Source: Lama glama (lineage: Eukaryota). Taken from it: DNA of 64,000 nt. The stretch covers positions 41,604,001-41,668,000 of the forward strand of contig CM052817.1 in assembly GCA_028534125.1 (NCBI GenBank). The letters run 5' to 3'. The position numbers and the translations under genes were made by a program. The notes under the pieces are model-generated. The model searched no databases. It was not told where the DNA came from and saw nothing but the letters and a program-made list of their open reading frames with translations. Shown piece by piece: positions 24,900 through 38,160 of this stretch (the first letter of the stretch is position 1; every line of letters starts with the position of its first letter).

Positions 24900-26400
24900 T
24901 GCTTCCAGACCTTTGCGTGTGATGCTCCTTCCTACCACAATACCCTCCCTGCTCCGGTCCTCCTGTTTTCACCATACCCACCCTTCAAGATCCAGCTCAG
25001 ATACTATCTCTTTTGTTAACTTGTTTTTGAATGCCGAAGGTCCAAGTGAATTCTGCTTCCTCTGAATTCTTTTTTTTTCCTTTTTCAGTTTTATTAGGTA
25101 GAATTATTCCAGTTCAACTGCACATATATATTACATTGCATGTAACTACATATATACAGTATACTGCACATTTTTTTTTAGTTTACTGATCATTGTTTCT
25201 AAGAACAGATTAGAGCTTTAGCTTTTTAAACTTACATAGTTATCAAAGGATACAGCCAACTACAAAATAAGAATCAACAGAATGTGGTAATCCAATCATA
25301 AAGGACAGTCAAATGCGCTTACACATAGAGCATCTTCTGTCCTCTCAGATCACTTTCTAGCTTGCCATTTATGTGCACAGTCTATTTCCCCACCAATTAA
25401 ACTGTGAACTTTTTAGGGCAAGAAACCCACCTTTCTGATTCACTTTTTATAGCTCCCAGTGCCCAGTAGGTACTCAGTACACATCAGATGAGGAAAAGGA
25501 GGATGGAGGAAGAAGAGGCTACAGACCTACTGACATCCATCCAGCTCATCGTCTTCTCTATACTCATCCAGCACTAGAATTAACTCTCTTTCTCCCCTAA
25601 GTGTTGGAGCAAAGTGAATTTCTCAACTACTTTTTCTACATGATATACATTCTCCAAGTTTTGTCTTTCCCTGAATGATCAGGTAGTTGCAATATTAAAA
25701 AACATCAACTCAGAAACTTCCTAACCACAGGAGGGCCCCTAGTCCTAGTCCTCTTCAATTTTCAGCAGGATTATTGTTATGTTCTCCTCTTCTCCACTCT
25801 TTCTCCGTAGTGTGTCCAATCTACACCCTCTAATCTCCTTAAAACATAGCTTTCCTCCTGTTATTTCCCTGCACAAGAGCCTTGGCATATTTCCCCATTT
25901 CCCCCTATCAGATCTAGTCCGAGACCCTCATTATTCCTGCATTCAAGGCTTTCCATGACCTTTCCACCCTTAATTCCCATTCCACTCCTCCAAACCAATA
26001 CTGCAGGCCAGTTGAACTATAGGTTTTCCTTTCCTTTCCGTTACACCCATCAACCTTATCTCTGTTAATAGGCTTCACTCCTGGTATTATCTTCTTCTCC
26101 ATCTCTGTGAGTTCAATACCTAATCATTCTTCAAGTCTGGTTCAAAGATTACCTCCTCCATTATCTCCTAACAACCCCCAGTGCTGCTGCCCTCACCATC
26201 CCCTCTCCACTCGGTCCTGCCCCAGATTGAAAGACATCTCTTCTTTCCCTGAATTCCCAAAACATTTCTTTTTTGCAGCATATCACTTTCTTCCTTATGT
26301 TGCAGTTTTTTACAAGCCTGTTTCCTTAAAAATCTTACAAGCACCGAAAGGGCAAGGGGTGAACTCTCGCTTGTCTTTACATTCCCTATGGGATCTCATA
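24900..26400 (+). mobile_element. Scattered L2 (LINE-2) fragments
   Basis: Pyrimidine-rich L2 motifs: cccttcaagatccagctcagatactatctc, aaactgtgaactttttagggcaag...cccagtgcccagtaggtactcagtac, cattcaaggctttccatgacc. Confidence 0.55.
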
Positions 26401-28205
26401 TGTAAGATTAAGCTCCATTGCTAGACTCTACTAATAGTGAACTCTGTGACCTTGAGCTTGTCATTTAACCTGTGTGTGTCAATTTGTTCATAAATCAAAA
26501 ACGTATTCTAATTTAACAGCCTTAATTTGAGATGGCTTAAATTACATAGTCCTGGGATCGCACAAGGCCACCTGAAAGCACATACCAAAAGAAAGATTTC
26601 TGCATAATCTTAAAAAATCCTAAGTTTATGGTCACATTGACAGTTTCTACAGATAATTTCCTGTAATTTGTTTTCTGACTTACTTGTATCAATATAGATT
26701 GGGGGTGACTGTACCCTTTCTGGCTATCACTTCTCCCTCAAGCATCAGTGACATAATCTATGCCTCAACTTTTAATTGGTGTAGCATCATGTTTGTGTGT
26801 TTGGAGGGAACCACTTATTCAATCATTTATTCTACAAATATTTATTGAGTATCTATTAACCAGACATTTTTCCAGGTGATGGGTTCTCACATTAATAAAC
26901 AGAAGAGGGGAGGGGAGGGAAAAAAAGCTGGTGTAACTATGGAAGATTTTTCCTATTGTAACTATTTTATACAATCTCTCATCTTATTAGTAGATCATGA
27001 AGGTTTTAGACCACCTATGTTAGGCTGAGACTCAACTATTTCATGGTTAATGTTTCCTAAAAGCAAAAGAAAAATGCCTATTTTTTTTTTCATTTGTCCA
27101 GATAATGTAGGGGAGTGAGTACAAAGTGCGTCCACTCAATCCTTCTAAAGATAATACACTGGAAACATTTTGGTGGGTGTGAATCACACACACACGCATT
27201 CTTCACTCAAAAATAGAAACTGGCCTTATTTGTTCCAGATGTTATACAGCTGCAGGGAAGTTAAAGCCAGTGGTCCTGTTTTCAATGCAACCAAACTCTT
27301 ATTGCATTTGGAATTTCTTAACCAATGAACTCATATTACTTGTTCTAAGACCTACATAATTTTCTTTTTTCCACTGTTACCATTCACAAACAACTGTTTC
27401 ATGGGAACCATGCTTCAGAATTAATGAGTCTACATCTGTGTTGTACAAAGGAAACACATCCTGTTTACCACTGCTTCCACCTTTCATTTATCTTGACCCC
27501 TTTAATTTTAAGCATAAAATATTTCAAAGAGAGTACTTGAAGGAACAGAAAAGGAGAGTTGTGTTGTGTTGTTCTTACAATATTTTCCAGCACTTTAACT
27601 ATGGAGTTATAAGAAGGTGTTCATCTTAGGAAGAATCTCAAGCAAAATTACTAAGAAAAATATTAAGTATAAAAGTATAACTTGTTTGTAGTTCAAAAAA
27701 CTTGGCATATTAGCTTATTTCTTGATCCTTCTGTTGATCCGTAAGAGATGCTATGTGAACGCATGAAATGCAAAAGGATCAAGGCTCTTTGAAGAGGATG
27801 AATCAGTTAAGAAATCATGTAGGAAATGCACATGCTAACTTTATATCTAGATCAAAAAAACAAAAATATAGTTATATTTCATTTGAGAATACTTGTGTTT
27901 GGGAACAGAGTACGAGATCTCTTGAGATTATTGCCCTTTTTTTTTGAGAAGTCTTTTTCAAATTGTGGTTCATGGACAATCAGCAGTAGAATCACATTGG
28001 CCACTTATGAAAATATGTACTTCTGGCTCCTGTTGAGTCAGGATCTCTGTGAAGTGGGGCTGGGGTTCTAGAGGGACACTGGAGAGCAGAAAACAACAAC
28101 AACCACAAACACTCATCTTCCACATTAAAACCCAGGGAGGTTAAGTGAATTTCTCAAGGCCATAGAGCCAGTTAATAGTAAAGTAAGGCTTAGAATTTTG
28201 CTTAT

Positions 28206-28622
28206 TGTGAACGGAAAATACTGGAAACCATATCAGTAAACAAAGAATGCTGAAACCATCAAGTCCTCAGTGGCTGCACCCCCCCCCCCGCCCGGGAAGA
28301 CAAGCCTACAGCCCAGCCCAGCCTCTGCAGCCACTCACAATGGTGCACTCTGAGGGCACTCAGAAAAAGAAAGGGCAGGATACTGGCCCTAGATAGCTAG
28401 GTGCTTGTCAAAGGAATGAATTCAATGAGCCCAAATGTTTGCTTCCTCCCATGCATAGAAAAGCACTAAATTCTTTAACTTGAGATGCCTGGCTTTCTTT
28501 AGATAACAAGTCATCTTTTATTGTTCCAACTACTTGGTCTTTGTTGTAAAGCTCCTATATATCCTAGCTCCTTCCCTGCCTCTTCAGAGCAGTCCCTCAG
28601 AGTGATCTGAGAGGCTGTCCTC
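28206..28622 (+). mobile_element. Younger ERV1-type LTR truncated by the assembly gap
   Basis: TG start (tgtgaacgg). U3 TATA-like ctcctatatatcc is followed by the R-like ccctgcctcttcagagcagtccctcagagtgatctgagaggctgtc seen in artiodactyl ERV1 LTRs. Confidence 0.7.
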
Positions 28623-29122
28623 NNNNNNNNNNNNNNNNNNNNNNNNNNNNNNNNNNNNNNNNNNNNNNNNNNNNNNNNNNNNNNNNNNNNNNNNNNNNNN
28701 NNNNNNNNNNNNNNNNNNNNNNNNNNNNNNNNNNNNNNNNNNNNNNNNNNNNNNNNNNNNNNNNNNNNNNNNNNNNNNNNNNNNNNNNNNNNNNNNNNNN
28801 NNNNNNNNNNNNNNNNNNNNNNNNNNNNNNNNNNNNNNNNNNNNNNNNNNNNNNNNNNNNNNNNNNNNNNNNNNNNNNNNNNNNNNNNNNNNNNNNNNNN
28901 NNNNNNNNNNNNNNNNNNNNNNNNNNNNNNNNNNNNNNNNNNNNNNNNNNNNNNNNNNNNNNNNNNNNNNNNNNNNNNNNNNNNNNNNNNNNNNNNNNNN
29001 NNNNNNNNNNNNNNNNNNNNNNNNNNNNNNNNNNNNNNNNNNNNNNNNNNNNNNNNNNNNNNNNNNNNNNNNNNNNNNNNNNNNNNNNNNNNNNNNNNNN
29101 NNNNNNNNNNNNNNNNNNNNNN
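28623..29122. other. Assembly gap (500 N)
   Basis: Run of exactly 500 N. Confidence 1.
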
Positions 29123-29577
29123 TTTAGGCTGTTTCCATGTCTTGGCTATTGTAAATAATGCTGCTATGAACATTGGGGTGCAGGTGTCATCCTGAAGTAG
29201 GGTTCCTTCTGGATATATGCCCAGAAGTGGGATTCCTGGGTCATATGGTTAAGTCTCTTCCTAGTCTTTTGAGGAATCTCCATACTGTTTTCCACAGTGG
29301 CTGCACCAAACTGCACTCCCACCAGCGGTGTCAGAGGGTTCCCTTTTCTCTACAGCCTCTCCAGCATCCGTCATTTGTGGATTTTTGAATGATGGCCATT
29401 CTAACTGGTGTGAGGTGATACCTCATTGTAGTTTTGATTTGCATTTCTCTGATAATTAGTGATATTGAGCATTTTTTTATGTGCCTATTGATCATTTTTC
29501 TATGTCTTCCTTGGAGAATTGCTTGTTTAGGTCTTCTGCCCATTTTTGGATTGGGTTGTTTATTTTTTTCTTATTGA
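29123..29577 (-). mobile_element. L1 ORF2 C-terminal fragment (relatively young)
   Basis: Translates to [30 protein letters not shown] and MFIAALFTIAKTWKQPK. Confidence 0.95.
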
Positions 29578-29779
29578 CAATTCAACATTTAACTTTAGAA
29601 ACACATAATTACAAAAGTATAGTATAGGGTTATAGAAAAAATAGTGAGATAGAAGAGGTGAGAGATAGTTAGAGAATTAGAATGAAGCAAACCAACACTC
29701 TTGATTAATTAATTTAATATATCCATTCAGAAAAAAGTGTATTTTCCTCCAAAGTGAATACTAATTACTCTTACCATTA

Positions 29780-30260
29780 ATACTACTAGCTACCATTTAT
29801 TAAGAAGACACAATGTTCTGAGCAAAGTATTAGGAACTTTCTATCATCTTACTTACTTACATATAATGGCTGGATAGCATTAATATCCTCACTTTATAAA
29901 TGTAGGAGTTCGAGGTGTGAGAGTTTGAGAAACTCCTTAAGAGCAAGTATCTAGAGAATGGGGCAGGCACCCACACTCACACCCTCACACCCTCACAGCC
30001 AGGGCGGCTTCCCATGAAGCCCATGTTCCTAACCACCACACAATGAACACACAGACCTGGATCCCAATGCTGGCCCTACCACCTGCATACTCTGCGACAC
30101 TGGTAAGCTAGTGATCCTTTTTAAGGATTCAGTTTCTTCTATTATGAAATAGTCATAACACCTGCCTCTTAGAGTTGCTGTGTGAATTAAGACTACTTTT
30201 GCTAAGCACATACATTGGTGAGTACATGGTAAACACTTAGTAAATATTATCTATTGCTTT
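29780..30260. mobile_element. Two oppositely oriented MIR SINEs
   Basis: Minus copy at about 29780-29990 (tagctaccatttatt...cctcactttataaatgtagga). Plus copy at about 30050-30260 (tcagtttcttctattatgaaat...gtaaacacttagtaaatattatctatt). Confidence 0.65.
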
Positions 30261-30715
30261 AAAACATTTTACTGTTACTGTTACTATTGTAGTTATATTA
30301 TGTTAAGGGTTTTATCAGTTCCTTAGGGATAAAGGAAATGGAATAATTGTATCAGAATTTCATTGCCTAAGTGTGTGTAATAATGACTAGGTCGCAGTGC
30401 CTGGTTCAGTTCCTTTGTTAAGTTAGGCATCCTCAGCTAAAACTTTGGATGTATTTTAAAGTTAAAATTTAAGCAGTCTTTCCAGGCATTATACAGGATG
30501 GACCTAATTGACAATAAAGTCATGATTCTGGTACCCAGAATGGGCATAGTAGGTTAATGGAGCCCTTCTGAAGAACCAGGTTTATTTCAGCCTGAGTGTG
30601 ATCTACTTCAGTAACTGAAAGCTTTCTTATTTGGAGCCCTCTATCATTTCAGTAGTAATTGGACAATGTTATAAATAATTGTTTTCCATTTCTCTAATAA
30701 AATTTCCTTTAAAAA

Positions 30716-30990
30716 AAGCAGGTTTATTGAGGTATAGTTTCATAACATAAAATTCATCCTAAAGTTTTAAGTGTACAATTCAATGACTTTTAGTAAATTT
30801 GTAGAGCTGTGTAACATAATTTAATTTTAGAATATTTTTATCACCCTCCTAAACATCCCTTGTGCCCATTTTCAGTCACCCCTGTTCCCACTCCCAGCCC
30901 CAGGCAACCACTAACCTACTTTGTATTTCTATAGATTTTCCTTTTCTATTTTTATTCATATAAATAGAATCATATAATATATGATTCTAA
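30716..30990 (-). mobile_element. L1MB/L1ME-type 3' end
   Basis: tttattgaggtatagtttcataacataaaattcatcc...ccccaggcaaccactaacctacttt. Confidence 0.8.
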
Positions 30991-32129
30991 TACCTTTTTA
31001 ATCACAGTTAATTTCCCAAAAGACACATGAAAACTATACTTTATATCTAAGGGCTCTTTTAAATGATGATGTTATGTTTATAAAAGGAAAAATTCTGAAA
31101 TGCTCATTGTCCTTACATAAAACCCTTGAATCCTTTCTAGAAAAAAAGTCAAGGTTTCACCAACACAAGTATATCATTAAATCAAATGATATTCATTTGC
31201 AACCATGAATAATGGTCTATATGTATTTGCAACCTAAGCAGAAAACACAAATTTTTGTTTAAGTAAACAACAACAATGAAAAACAGAAAGACAAGCTATT
31301 GATAAATATCAAGATACAAGTATTCCTGATACTGAAGCGGGGGCTCAGACACCAAGGAGCATGTGGCAGTTGAGACTTTACTGAGATGGTCTGTGACCTC
31401 AAGTGTGAACCAGTGTTAGTTGAAAAGACTTCTGGAATGCTTAGGTCCTCATTATGTCTCATGTGTTGGGAAAAGATGAATTAAAGTACAATTTAGACCA
31501 TTAATATATCATTTGGATCTTTGACTGCTTGTCTTTTCCCAGAAGTGGATTAAAATACAAATTCATAAACTTGTTATGAGTTGAGTACATGTGTTGCCTG
31601 ATTTTTCTTGCCAAAACCTAATGAGGAGACATAAACTTGATACATCGAAACGGGACTTTTTCAACAGTGAAGCCAAAGGCAGTTTTAAAAAAAGCATGCT
31701 AAGCAGTATGTGGCTGCACAAAAACAGAAACATCCATTTCAGGGTCTGAGAGCCGTCAGACAAGCTAAGTTCTTGTAATCCCCCCTGAGACTGTCAGCAT
31801 GCCCCCTGATAAAGACAAATGAAGAAAAAATTTTTATCTCTTAGAATTTTAAGACTCTGGAATGCTTTTATGAACCATTAGTTTTAGGGAATCTTCTTTT
31901 GTTTTGGAAAAGAAATCATTTTGCAAATGGAGTCTAAGTTCTGACAAACAATTGTTTTCTAACATTTCAAAAGTCTGTCACTATAAATTTCTCTGAAACA
32001 AGTTATTTTCTGAAAATTGTAATGCTGATAATTATTTTGAAATTATTTTCTTATTCAGTGGCACTTAAAAGTATCTTTTCACTAGTCACACAATTCTCAG
32101 GGTTATGTTGAAGACAGCTTTTCGTCTTC

Positions 32130-32346
32130 CCTATTAGAGGCTTATTCTCAGAACCAGCAGAGTTTTACTTCCACATAATGTTGCCCAGAGCAGGTCAGAG
32201 GCTAGCTCAGATTCAAGAGGCAGGCAGAGTGACTTCTTCTCTTGATGAGAGGAGTTGCAAAGTATCATTGCAAAGGATGGATGGATATCACTGCACGGAT
32301 AAAGGACAAAGTGGAGAATGGTGGCCATTTTTTTTTTTGCAATCTG
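32130..32346 (-). mobile_element. MLT1-type MaLR LTR fragment
   Basis: ggctagctcagattcaagagg...cttctcttgatgagaggagttgcaaag...ggtggccattttttt...gcaatc is a typical reverse MLT1 5' portion. Confidence 0.65.
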
Positions 32347-34234
32347 TAAGGGTTTACTATAAATAACCTAAGAGTTTTGCTTACTTTTTGACAGTTGGAG
32401 ATTCAATTTGATTTCTGAAGGGAATCATTGACTTTATTATTTTTTTCTCTCTCAGTTTACAAAAATATCCATATTTGAAAGGGTTCTTTTTTGCATCACC
32501 AGTGAGGATAAGCATAACTTAAGAATGTCTGATCTCACTGTTATCCAAAATGTTTTGGAAACCTTAGTAAATGAAAATAATACTAAAAGTAGTATATATG
32601 CTGAAATACTGGAAAGAAGAAAAAAATCATATTTTACATATAAACTGATAGTTTACGTAGAAAATCCAAGATAGCTAGCTGAAAAATTTCTAAGATAGCT
32701 CAATAAGTTGATCCAATACAAAATATCTGTACAAAAATTGATTGGTTTTACTCAGCAATAAATAATCTACTAGCTACTTTGCATGCAATCTTTACTTGCA
32801 TTGTGCTTTTTAAAAATTATAACATTCCTCCAAACATTTTTTTATGAAAAAATTTTCTAAAATAACATAAAAAGTAAGCGAAGAGGCTATATTGCTGAAG
32901 GAAGTTTATTATTATAAAATAAATGTATTAAATTTTAGGCAAATTACCAATGGGGTACTTTTGATTACTTAAAATTTTGCTTTGACTACAGCGGCTAAGA
33001 CTATCTGAAATAATTTTGAAAAGGAAGGCTAAGCAGCAAAACTCGCATTTAGATACCAAGTTATAATTATTAAATAATAATCACATCTGATGTCATTGGT
33101 ACAGTGATAGGTGGATAATGGAAAGTAATAACTTCAGAAACACACCCATACACACAAATGTGTATGCATGTAGTATACATGTTTTCCTATAGCATGATAT
33201 TTTCTAAATTTTCTGCAATGAATGTCTACTCTTTCTTTAAACACATGATCCTCAAAGTCTTGTTTCCAAACATACTGCTCTCTGACCTTCATCTCCTATC
33301 TTTCTAGCTCACATACATTGGAAGCCCCAGTTCAAAAATCCTTTAGAGCTGCTAATTCATTAAACCACTACGTTTCACTGTTTATTACCCTCTTTATGTA
33401 CTCACTTTTCTCTTATGAAGCTAAGATTCCATGGTGCAGTATCATAACTGCTCACTGCATAGCCCTTCAAATTCCTTGCACACATCCTGTTATGCTCATT
33501 GAAAAAACTCAAATACTGTTTCAACCCAACTTTCCTTTTATTGTTTTTGCATAGCAATGACTGAGTTTGGCTAGAGAAAAATAAAACTATAATGACTGGT
33601 CTCATAAATATTAATGACCATAAACTCCTTTGGACCCACAGCACTTGCATAATTGTCTATGATAAGTTCTTCCTCTCTTCCACACTCCCAATTTTTTTCA
33701 TATCTTCTTTCCTCAAACTTTCAATAATACCTTTTTTTCTCACATTCAATGATTTTCTCTCTGAAAATAGAAGAATCCTGGGCATTTCCTCTGCTTGTCA
33801 CCAGAGCTCCCATAACAGTTTTTAAAATACTTTTCTTTTTGCACTTCCTACTTTATATTGTAGTGTTTGAGGTCCATGCAGGCTGGAGACTGTATCTTTA
33901 TTTAACTTTGTATGCTTAATATTTCCCCTGGATCTTGGTTCAAAGAAGGTGTATAACCAACATGGTTTTGGATTTGAGGTGATTAAACAAAGTTTAACAA
34001 GATAATTTGTCAGGGTGCTATTTATTTAATCATGCTTCACAGTAAGTGTCACCAGGCAACAAAATAATAGTAGTGCTAAGAGCTAATTTTTGGAGAGTGT
34101 TTACTATGTGCCAAATTTTGTCTCATTTAATCCTAACACAAGGCCCACAATGTAGGTGCTATTATTAATCCTATTTTACAGATAAGAAAACTAAAGCAAG
34201 AGGAGGTGCTAAGGCCAAGGCTCGTATGGTTAGT

Positions 34235-34650
34235 GTGTCGGTCAGAATTCCAGCAGGCAACAATGGCAACGTTTATTTATTTACACAGGGATTAACAGAT
34301 GGTGTGTAGGGACACCACTTAGGACACTGCATGAAGCCAGGGCTATGAGTATTGAAACTATTCCTGCCACCGGCTTTTCCTCACCCTCAGGTGGGAGAAT
34401 TTATCAGAACCCAAAGGGAGAGAGGGATTACAGACTGAGAGCAGCCTGGAGAAGAGCAAATACTTGATGTCAAGCGACAGAGACAGCTGCAGGTAATCTC
34501 ACAGAAGGAGCAGCCTCACACTGGCCAAACCCAGCTGGGGCTAGAACCCAGATACCATGCATGTACTACCACAGAAGCAGCATCCCTTCTCTACTCTAGG
34601 TAGAAAGTAAGGTGGAGAGAAGAACGGAAGAGGCTCTGAAGCAACTAAAC
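34235..34650 (-). mobile_element. ERVL LTR33/LTR41-like solo LTR inserted in a MIR
   Basis: tgtcggtcagaattccagcagg at one end and cactggccaaacccagctgg internally. MIR sequence runs 34075-34234 and resumes at about 34660. Confidence 0.55.
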
Positions 34651-36644
34651 AAAGGTACGAGGAATAGTTGGTGATAATGCTGGGGTTTGTACCCAAACAT
34701 TTTACTGTGAAGCCTATGCTATGCTTGTGGGGGTAGAAGGCAGAAAGGGAGGTTCTGCTTTCAGTTCAGATTCCAAAAACAAGGTGATTCTTATGAACAA
34801 AGGGATTTTTATTTCCTTTCCACCATCAACATGGATGGAACGTCCATCTTGCAGGGGTAATACAATTGCTTAGGAGAATAAGAGACAATCTTGAACCTAA
34901 CAGAAAAATGACTACAACATTGAATGGGGATTCTCTTTAGCAAACCACTAAGCATTTAGCATTTTGCAGGGTGTATTGGTTTGGACCAAAGGGCTTCAGA
35001 CGCAATCAAAGACTAAGAAATGAGAAATAGGAGAGGCTGACAGAATGTAGTCATCTCAGTGGGATAACAGCATCCTGACAGTGAGGATATGACAAAGCCA
35101 GAATAGAGTCTCATCAATTAAGAAGACATTATGGATTAAAACCACTTCCTTACTGAGGAGAAACTATAAATTGATCTCTGAACTTACTATATAGTGAGGC
35201 TTTAAAATTCATTGACTATGAATGTGAAGTAAATTATTTATCATTCTCATTATAGACTGGATTCTGTCAACTTCAGAAAGTCTTTTCATTGTCTCTCTAC
35301 AACTCTGTGTTAAAAAACTCATCTATAGCTTTTAATATAGCCTTCTGAATAGGGTAAATCATACTATGCTTTAAAGGGGCTCATTCACATATACTTAATG
35401 AGAGACCAGTGTTTACTGTGTGCTGTCTTAGGTGCTGAAGACACAATATTGAACAAAATAAGACCCTGACCTCATGGAGTTCACAGTCTAATGAAGAAGA
35501 CAGACGACTTCACTACACAGAAATTTGGAATGAACTTCTTTACCATCTGGGTATTTCTCTTATTCTCAGAACTCATTTTTTGGAGGACTTTGTGGATGAA
35601 TCTTCTCACCCCTGTGCGGTGTCCCCACAGAACCCATTTCTTAGCTTTTCCCTAAACTATATCTTATTGGTCTCTTGACTGCTTTGTCCCATATTAGACT
35701 GTAAGCTGCTTGTGACCAGGGATGCTGTCATGTATCTTGGCTCCTCCACAGTCAAGCCTCATGTCCAGCACAGAGAAGACATATAATAATATTTATTGAT
35801 CAGATGCAAAAATGACCAAAAGAGAAAATAAAAATACCTTTCTTCTACCCACTTTCCAAATGTTAACCTCAACATGAGCATAAGTCATCTGCATGCTTTG
35901 ATGGTGAGAAGTGTAACAGTCACCATTTATTGATAATCCTCTATGTGACAGGGGCTTTGCCTATATTTCTATTAAGTAAGTCAGGCATTTCTGTTTCCAT
36001 CTTTTAATCACATAAGAAAAATATTAAATATTTTGCCAAAGGACTCACAGCTACTTATTTGCCGAGCTGGAGCTTTGAATGAAGGTTTACTAACTCAAGT
36101 CTTTGCTCTCTCCGATACACCAGACTACATTCCAGCAAGCATGGAAGAATGTCTCCAATTAGTTGTAAATTGTTGCTACAACAATGAACACATTCTCTAG
36201 GAAGATATCTTCAACCCTATGTAAAAATTAGGCACATAGTGGGATTGTGAAAACTCAAACTGCCATATTTCTCCTTCTATACAAGATTGTGAATGATCTA
36301 AAAGATACTTCCAAGCAATGCTGCCTGGAAGTGAGTACCTTCTGGAGCAAACCAGAGCCTATCCAAGGGTTTAGTAAGTGTCCCACCTCTCCCTCTTCAA
36401 CCCCCAAGGAGAGATGATAGTGCCCCTCCCAGCAATCAGTAAGCGATCAGTAAGGGGAGACAGTAGCATTACCTGGAATGTGAAATTCAGGGTGACCATA
36501 TGGAGTGTAAAAGGGATTATGTAAAAGATAAGTTATAAAAGTAGCAAAGTCCTAGACATTATTATTCAATGCTGAATACATTTCAGAGATACAGAAAGGG
36601 GAGTTGGTGGAGACCAGCCTACTATTAAAGGAACATTTCAGACC

Positions 36645-37230
36645 ATTCATTCTCACATTTAGCGAATATTTATTGAGAGTCCATGAGCAAGTCATTGCTC
36701 CAGACACTGATAATAAATAAAGTCCCTGCTCTCAGTGCATCACTTTTCAGTAGGGAAAGAAGAGTTATAAATATGTAAACAAATAACTGCAGGTAGAGAA
36801 ATTGTGCTGTGAGAACAATGAAGTTGATATTAATTGGAAAGGACATAGATACTTAAGATAGGGAGGTTGAAACAATCCTTTCTGAGAAGGACATGATTTA
36901 ATTGAAACTTGAACAATGAGAAAGCCATGCGAAGATGCTGGGGAACAACATTCCAGGCAGAAGGAGCAGCAAGTGCAGTGGCCCTCTTACAGGAAATCAC
37001 CTGGCTTGTTCAAAAGATAGAAAGGTCATTGTGTCTGGATTATAGTGAGAATGGAGAAGTGGACAGGGAAGGGGTGACATGAGATACATTTGGGGATTAA
37101 GAAGGACCTCAATTCTGTAGGCTAAGTGGGCTCTAAGAATGGCTTTCAATTTGATTTAAAGGCAATAGGAAGTCACTGAGGAGTTTCACGCAACAAAGTT
37201 ACGGTGAGTTTTAATTTGAAGACATCACTG
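36645..37230 (-). mobile_element. L2 fragment
   Basis: cattcattc...tatttattgag end, gtccctgctctca, and gaacaacattccaggcagaaggagcagcaagtgcagtggccct. Confidence 0.8.
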
Positions 37231-37799
37231 AAGAATTTGAAAGGTCTCCCAGAGAAGAACGTATGAGGCTTGAGCAGATGGTGCTGTGCTGAAAGTGGAG
37301 GCGAGCACAGAAAGGACCACTGAACTGTGTAGGACTTTGCCTTAACCTTCAGGGCTAGAGGGATGCTGCAACCAATACAAGCAGAGCAGATATAAATTCT
37401 ATTTAGTCATGTTTTAGGCAGTAAACGGAAATTTAACCTACATTAGGGTTGAAGAAAAGGTAGTGAGACTGGATATAGCAACAATACCCCAGACCCTCAA
37501 ATCCCAGCCTCTTACCCACACCTGCAAAGAGCCTGAAGGAAATGAAAACTTCAAGCGAATAAACATTCATGATTATTCGGAGGTTTTGTTGGCAATACCC
37601 GGTGTCATAGCCTAAGGCCCTAGGCTGAATTATGTGAAGGAGCAACTGTTATTTAGGTGCCCGAGGTGACCCTGAGTCTTAGATTGCAGGTGGCTGAAAG
37701 GCCTCCTCTTCCCACACTAAGCGCACATCCAAGCCTCGGATATTGTTATCAAATTCAAAATTTAGCGAACAATCAGACTGGGTCATGCACTGTGCAGAC

Positions 37800-38160
37800 T
37801 GGGCCATGAACTGTGCTAAACACTTCACATGCACTATTTCATCCAGTACTCACAGCGAGCTTACTAAACAAGCACACTTTACGGATTAGGAAACTGGGGC
37901 TTGAGAGAGGTAGTTTCCCCAGGTTATAGCTCGATGTGACAGAGCTGGAATTGGAAACCAAGTTTGTCTGATTCCTGAGCCCATTTTCTTCACCATTATA
38001 CTCTATTGCCCCTCTACCACCCTGACAGTGATGTGAAAAAGTTAAAGAGGTGGCAACCCTTCCCCAGTGTCTAGGGTGGAACTGGTTAATAACTTGGCCA
38101 AGCTCACTCATATAAGCGGTGGTAGAGCTGGGATTAGAACTCAGGAACCCGTGGGTATTG
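37800..38160 (-). mobile_element. Two tandem MIR fragments
   Basis: aggaaactggggcttgagagaggtagtttccccaggtt...agagctggaattggaaaccaag and ggttaataacttggccaagctcac...gagctgggattagaactcagg. Confidence 0.75.

Noticed and set aside
28511..29173. 220-aa ORF
   Set aside because: Artefact of translating through the N gap; it joins L1 and LTR sequence.
29780..30260. Inverted MIR pair as a dsRNA source
   Set aside because: The copies look too diverged from each other to form a stable duplex.
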